A stretch of 51,137 bases of DNA from NCBI GenBank assembly GCA_013822285.1, contig PNKF01000001.1, positions 1 to 51,137 on the forward strand. The letters run 5' to 3'. Positions 46,036 to 51,137 of this stretch are shown in pieces. Below the pieces are notes generated by a model, which had not been told where the DNA came from, searched no databases, and saw only the letters and a program-made list of their open reading frames with translations. Source of the DNA: Gemmatimonas sp. (GTDB lineage Bacteria > Gemmatimonadota > Gemmatimonadetes > Gemmatimonadales > Gemmatimonadaceae). Position 1 is the first letter of the stretch. The number at the start of each line of letters is the position of its first letter. Made by a program: the position numbers and the translations under genes.

Positions 46036-48713
46036 TCAGCGCCCGAGCCACCAAGCGAGCTTCACCAAGAACACGTTCCGCGACGGCGCACCTGTCAGCG
46101 TGCCCAGTTGACCACCCACGTCCAAGTCGGCACGCCCATCGACGAAGCCCTCGCGTTGCTGCTGCCAGACGAAGAACACCGTCGAGCCGGGCCGCAGCTC
46201 CCAGCGCAGCACCGCGTTGCCCCGCAGCTCGCGTGCCGTGTAGTCGCGCTCGCCGAAGCTGAACGCCGCCGCCGGGCCCGCGCCGTCAGGATCGATCGTC
46301 ACATCGCTGCCATCGCGCGTCACGGTACCGCGGTCAACGCCGTACACGTCGAAGTCGAAACGCCGCGGCGTGGTGAACTCCTTGTAGCGCGCAAAGCGGC
46401 CGGCCGAGGCGAAGGGCTGGAGAAAGAGCTGCAACGACACGTACGGCGAGAACGTCCAATCGAGCCGCGTGTTGAGCCGCGCCTCGCGTTGCGTCACATC
46501 AGCGAAGACGTAGCGGCGGCCGAAGGTCGCCGTCGCCAGCGGATCGTCGCGTGCGGTCACGTACTGGTCAACGATGTCGTTCCATGCGTATTCCGGTTCG
46601 ACGCGCAGGCGCAGCGCCGAGCTGGGCCGCCAGTCGATCTCGAGACCGACGCCTCGGGCTCGGCTGCCGGCCCGGTCGACGAACAGTTCGACGCCTGCTT
46701 CCATGATCAGCGGCTTGCGCGAGTCGGACTCGACGCCGAACTCGATGCGCGATGACACTGGGCGCGCCGCCAGCGGGCCGCCGCGCAGGAGACGATCGTT
46801 GAAGCGCCCGGTCTCCAGGTTCGCTTCGAGGTTCACCGACCAGAAGTTGCGGAACTGCGCCTCGCTGAAGGTCGCGATGCGACGCTCGAGGTTCTCGCCC
46901 GCCGTCGTCGCCGCCACGGTGCTGAACACACCGAGGCCCCAGCTCTGGAACAGGCGCGTCTGCACGGGTTGGCGGTAGAACAGGCCCGTGCTCACCGAGC
47001 GCGCGTCCGAACGCGTCTGGAAGCCAAGGTCATTGCTCTCGAAGCCGGGATCCAACGCTCGGCCGTCACCGAGCCCGTCAGGCGGCCGGACGTCTTCGCG
47101 ACCGAGAGCGCGTAATAGCCGCCATTGAGCGTGGTACGCGCGGAGTCGACGGCGAGGTGCCCGGCGTCCGGACGTTGGTAGGCACGGTAGTTCGCGCGCT
47201 GCAGACGGAGGATCGCCGGTGCCTCGCCCCAGACCTGCGAGCGTGAGGCCACGCCCGAGATCGTCCAGTCGCGGTCGCCCCAGGCGTGCTCGAAGTCGAT
47301 GCCGCTCACCAGCGCGCGCTGCGGCAGCGCGGCGGCGAGCGCGGAGTCGCCGAGCGAGCGCTCGACCCAGCTGTTGAAGCCGCCGATCGTCGTGTAGCCG
47401 CCGCGGAGCAAGCGCCGCACGCGCGTCACCTGCGAGTTCGTGAGCGGCTCCACTGCATCGCGCTTGATCGAGAGGTCCGGCCGCTGATAGCGGCCCGTCT
47501 CGCGCGGCGTCGTCGCGTTCAGCACGCCGATTGCCCATCCACCGGGTGTGGTGCCGCTCAACTTGAACGCGCCCAGGATCGGCGTCTGCGACGGGATGTC
47601 GGTGAAGTCGCCCGGCAGGCCGCGCTGCGGCGCGCGGCCGATGCGCCGCGTGTAGAAGAAGTTCGGCGCGTTGTTGTCGTTGAACGTCGTCGTGCCGCCG
47701 AAGCGGAAGGTGTCGAAGTTCTCGAGGAAGAACGGCCGCCGCTCCGGGAAGAACACCTCGAAGGCCGACAGGTTCACGACGGCGGGATCGGCCTCGACCT
47801 GCCCGAAGTCCGGATTGACCGTCGCGCTCAGCGTCAGTGACTTCGGCAGCCGCACGCGCAGGTCGAGACCCACGGCGGCTTCTCCCTCGCGAGTGCGCGC
47901 GAAGGGATTGCCCGGTTCGACCGGTTGCGTGTTGAGCTGCGAACGCACGTAGGGAATGGCCTCGACGGGCACGCGGCCCTCGAGCGCACCGAGGCCCGTG
48001 AGGACGCCGTAGCGCGAGACGTCGCCTGGCAGCGTGGGGTCGCGTGGACTCCACAGCGCTTCCTCACCGCGCCGCGCGAGCATGCGCAGGAACTGCAGCC
48101 CCCAGGTGCGCGTGGAATCGCCGGCCGTATAGCGCAGTTGCGACAGCGGAATCCGCAGCTCCGCCGTCCATCCGAGTGAATCCACCTGTGCGGCAGACTG
48201 CCAGACGGCATCCCACTGCGGGTCGAAGTCGGTGTCGTTGAACGCGTAGCCGTCGCGCTGCGCGCCGCGAGGGCTCACGCCAAAGGCAAAAGCGGTGCGC
48301 CGATCGCCGTAGGAATCGAAAGCGACCCAGACCCAGTCCGTGAAGGTGTCGCCCACGTCGCGGCGGGCCAGCTGCATGCCGACTGAGTCCGGCGCCGTGT
48401 CGTACATCCGGAAGCCGACGTACAGGTTGTTGTCGTCCACCAACACGCGCGCTTCCGAGCGCTGCGATTCCGGCTGCAGGGCATTCGGGAACTGCTGCAC
48501 CCAGTTCGTGGCGGCCTCTGCGCGTCGCCAGAGCGCCTCGTCGAGGCGGCCGTCGATCGTCACCGGCTCGGCGATGCGCAGCACGCGAAGTGCGGGTCGC
48601 GGCAGCGTATCCTGGCGCGTCGACTGCGCCTCGGCGCCAGAAGCGACCAGGGCGAGGGGCAGGGCGACCCGCTGGACGACGGCGCGCAGCGACATGGATC
48701 GACGGGTGGGCAT
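46036..48713 (-). pseudogene. CBM9-like/DUF5916 exported protein (about 892 aa) split by a 1-bp frameshift at about 47057/47058
   Basis: N-terminal part has IDGRLDE..W, WTAELRIPLSQLRY, TVNPDFGQVEADP and ERRPFFLE; C-terminal part has PGFESNDLGF, ELRGNAVLRWE.RPGST and VFLVKLAWW. Adding one G (GAG GCG TTG GAT CCC) joins them into a single frame. Confidence 0.82.
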
Positions 48714-48849
48714 CGGGAGGGCAAACGGGGCGGGGGAAGGGCGAGGCGGCTGCCGAATGCTGCTCGGCTGCCCTTGGTACGGATGGACCGCGTCCGACGA
48801 TTCAGTCGAGAAAGCTATGCCGTCCCGGCGCATCGCCCTAGCCGTAAGG

Positions 48850-48878
48850 TTGACCCCCGACCCTTGGCGGGCTAGCTT
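48850..48878 (+). promoter_or_regulatory. Sigma70-type promoter of rpsL-rpsG
   Basis: TTGACC (48850-48855), 17-nt spacer, TAGCTT (48873-48878). Confidence 0.75.
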
Positions 48879-48950
48879 CTAAGGCTCTGTTCCGTGCCGC
48901 CCGTCCGGGCGATCCACGTAGCTACAGAAGTCCGAACACCTCAGGGTAAG

Positions 48951-49349
48951 ATGCCGACGATCAATCAGTTGGTCCGGCAGAGCCGCAAGGAAGTCGTCAA
49001 GAAGGACAAGGCGCCGGCTCTGAAGGAGAATCCGTTCAAGCGTGGCGTGTGCACGCGCGTGTACACCACCACCCCCAAGAAGCCGAACTCGGCGCTGCGC
49101 AAGGTTGCGCGTGTCCGTCTCGTGAACGGCTTCGAAGTCACTGCCTACATCCCGGGCGAAGGCCACAACCTGCAGGAGCACTCGATCGTGCTCATCCGCG
49201 GTGGCCGTGTGAAGGACCTTCCGGGTGTGCGTTACCACATCGTGCGCGGCAAGCTCGACGCCTCCGGCGTCAACGGGCGCAACAAGAGCCGCTCCAAGTA
49301 CGGGACCAAGAAGCCGAAGGCGGGTGCCCCGGCTGGAGGTAAGAAGTAA
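48951..49349 (+). CDS. rpsL: 30S ribosomal protein S12
   Basis: Motifs [44 protein letters not shown] and RSKYG. Confidence 0.99.
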   Translation: MPTINQLVRQSRKEVVKKDKAPALKENPFKRGVCTRVYTTTPKKPNSALRKVARVRLVNGFEVTAYIPGEGHNLQEHSIVLIRGGRVKDLPGVRYHIVRGKLDASGVNGRNKSRSKYGTKKPKAGAPAGGKK

Positions 49350-49819
49350 TGAGCCGCCGTAAGAGTGCCGTGAAGCGCACCATCCTCCCGGATGCGCGCT
49401 ACGACAGCCAGACTGTCAGCAAGTTCATCAACGTCCTGATGTACCAGGGCAAGAAGTCCACCGCCGAGCGCATCTTCTACGGCGCGATGGACGTCGTCGA
49501 AGCCAAGGCGCAGCAGCCGGGCGTGCAGGTCTTCAAGCAGGCGCTGACCAACCTCAAGCCGGTCGTCGAGGTGAAGTCCCGCCGCGTCGGTGGCGCCACC
49601 TACCAGGTGCCCGTCGAAGTCCGTCCGGACCGCCGCACCGCGCTGGCGATGCGCTGGTTGATCCTCTACTCGCGCGAGCGCAACGAGAAGTCGATGGCCG
49701 AGAAGCTGGCCGCCGAAGTGCTCGCCGCCGCGAAGGGTGAAGGCAATGCGATCAAGAAGAAGGACGATACGCATCGCATGGCCGAGGCCAATAAGGCGTT
49801 CGCGCACTACCGCTGGTAA
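49349..49819 (+). CDS. rpsG: 30S ribosomal protein S7
   Basis: Motifs [18 protein letters not shown] and [15 protein letters not shown]; TAATG overlap with rpsL. Confidence 0.99.
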   Translation: MSRRKSAVKRTILPDARYDSQTVSKFINVLMYQGKKSTAERIFYGAMDVVEAKAQQPGVQVFKQALTNLKPVVEVKSRRVGGATYQVPVEVRPDRRTALAMRWLILYSRERNEKSMAEKLAAEVLAAAKGEGNAIKKKDDTHRMAEANKAFAHYRW

Positions 49820-49826
49820 GAAGGCA

Positions 49827-49854
49827 GCTGTAGGCTCTAAGCTGTAAGCTGAAA
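49827..49854 (+). repeat. Degenerate heptamer tandem repeat x4
   Basis: GCTGTAG GCTCTAA GCTGTAA GCTGAAA. Confidence 0.8.
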
Positions 49855-49856
49855 GC

Positions 49857-49892
49857 GGGGCGAGCCGACTATTTGGCTCGCCCCCTTTTTTC
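49857..49892 (+). terminator. Rho-independent terminator after rpsG
   Basis: Stem GGGGCGAGCCGA / TTGGCTCGCCCC with a CTAT loop, followed by C and T7. Confidence 0.92.
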
Positions 49893-50136
49893 TTCGACTC
49901 TTATAAGCTCGCCCTCATCGCTGATTCTTCCGCCGCCCAGCTGACCGGTGCCGTTTCATCCCCATCTATTCGCGAAGGATTGGCACGATCCTACTTCTTA
50001 GAATCTCTCTGTGATGGCCCTCGACCCCGTATTGGCCAATTGACCTATGGCGCACTCGTTAGGATGACGCGAGCTTCGCGACTGGCATCCAGAAGTCGTG
50101 CGCCATGGCCTTTCATTGAGCGGGAGGGGTGTTGCA

Positions 50137-51003
50137 ATGCGTTTCCGAGAAGGGATCGCGCGTTCCGTAGTGTGGAACCTGGTGGGTTTGGCGGTAGCCG
50201 CCGGTTGCACCGAGGTAGGTGACAGTGGGAGACTGGTCGCGCCTAACGCTGCCTTCAGTCAGCGAGGCGCTGCGGCTGAGACGGGCGTTGAGGACGTGAC
50301 GCCGCCGACGCTCGTGAGCGTCGCGTCGAGCCCGGCCGCGGTGGACGTTACGGCGGGTCCCGCGTCGATCAGCGTCACCGCCACGCTGTCCGATGACGTC
50401 GCCGGCGTGCAGCAGTGGTTGGTGACCTTCTTCAGCCCCTCGGGTTCCCAGCTCATCCAGGTATTCGGAACGCCGGGGCTGGCATCCGGCACGACGTTGA
50501 GCGGCACGTTCGCGGGGACGTCGCAAGTGCCGCAGTTCGCCGAGGCGGGCGTCTGGGAGGCGCGGTCCTTGAGCATGACGGACAACGCGGGCAACAACAC
50601 GTCGGTGGACCTGACGGCCGCCGGCTTCCCGCTCACTCTCACCGTGTCGCCGGTCTATTCGCAGGTCGAAATTGACATCAAGCCTGGGGCATCGGCCAAT
50701 AGCGTCAACCCCAGTTCCAGAGGGGTAATTCCGGTCGCCATTCTCTCGTCGCCGGTCTTCAGTGCGGCCGGCGTTGAGCTGACCTCGGTGCGCTTTGGCG
50801 CGGAGGGTACGGAGGCTGTTCCTCTCCGCTCTTCTCTCGAAGATGTGGATGGGGACGGGGACCTCGACATGGTACTGCACTTTCTCACGGAGCGTACCGG
50901 GCTCGTCTGCGGCGCGACCACCGCATTTCTCAAGGCGCGGACTGTCGGCGGGCAACCGGTTGAAGGAACCGACTCCATCACCACCGTGGGCTGCAGAAGG
51001 TAG
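50137..51003 (+). CDS. Hypothetical lipoprotein with an Ig-like domain and a C-terminal DxDxDG-containing domain (288 aa)
   Basis: SD GGGAGG (50122-50127); lipobox AAGC; Ig-like DVTPPTL...DDVAGV...G.W......DNAGN; C-domain IDIKPG...N.VNP...GVIPVAILS...DVDGDGDLDMVLHF. Confidence 0.78.
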   Translation: MRFREGIARSVVWNLVGLAVAAGCTEVGDSGRLVAPNAAFSQRGAAAETGVEDVTPPTLVSVASSPAAVDVTAGPASISVTATLSDDVAGVQQWLVTFFSPSGSQLIQVFGTPGLASGTTLSGTFAGTSQVPQFAEAGVWEARSLSMTDNAGNNTSVDLTAAGFPLTLTVSPVYSQVEIDIKPGASANSVNPSSRGVIPVAILSSPVFSAAGVELTSVRFGAEGTEAVPLRSSLEDVDGDGDLDMVLHFLTERTGLVCGATTAFLKARTVGGQPVEGTDSITTVGCRR

Positions 51004-51137
51004 GGGGTCATTCAATTCGGCGCGGGCGGTAACTGAGACGCCGCGCTGCTGCGTCGGCAGATCTCTCCCGGATTTCGCATCTGACCGTGGCCCGTGTCTC
51101 GCGCTACGGTCAGGTGCCCTGCCGTGGATGACCTAGG

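Noticed and set aside
47040-47075. Programmed ribosomal frameshift or phase-variable tract
   Set aside because: No slippery heptamer, homopolymer run or short tandem repeat at the junction.
477-48950. Prophage, ICE or transposon
   Set aside because: No integrase, transposase, phage or conjugation genes and no flanking direct repeats; the region includes housekeeping-type genes.
48951-49349. Streptomycin-resistance allele of rpsL
   Set aside because: PKKPNSA and RVKDLPG are wild type at the usual positions.
49981-49996. Sigma54 promoter (TGGCACG) upstream of the lipoprotein gene
   Set aside because: The -12 position reads TACT rather than TTGC, so the conserved GC is missing.

Overview
GC-rich bacterial chromosome segment. 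The protein families, the futalosine genes and the S12 tail suggest Gemmatimonadota, but this is inference only. The window runs from the 3' end of rpoC to rpsL-rpsG. These genes are usually adjacent, but here about 48.5 kb (about 40 genes) lies between them, with no integrase, transposase or att repeats. Contents: a large hybrid histidine kinase, two MFS transporters, PhoD, an acyl-CoA dehydrogenase, a TetR-TolC-HlyD-ABC export operon, an S9 peptidase, mtgA, a coupled mqnB-mqnD-MOSC-selO operon, hydrolases, a fasciclin protein and an acyltransferase. The best candidate for an uncharacterised system is a five-gene coupled chain: Ser/Thr kinase, PEGA/pseudo-protease protein, Cys-paired FN3 lipoprotein and two secreted proteins. 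Two large exported-protein genes are interrupted, one by an in-frame TAG and one by a 1-bp frameshift. Many genes look leaderless, including a divergent pair sharing a 20-bp bidirectional promoter. rpsG is followed by a three-frame stop repeat, a strong terminator and a mosaic lipoprotein gene rather than fusA. No rRNA, tRNA or CRISPR was recognised. All family calls come from motif recognition, not database searches.
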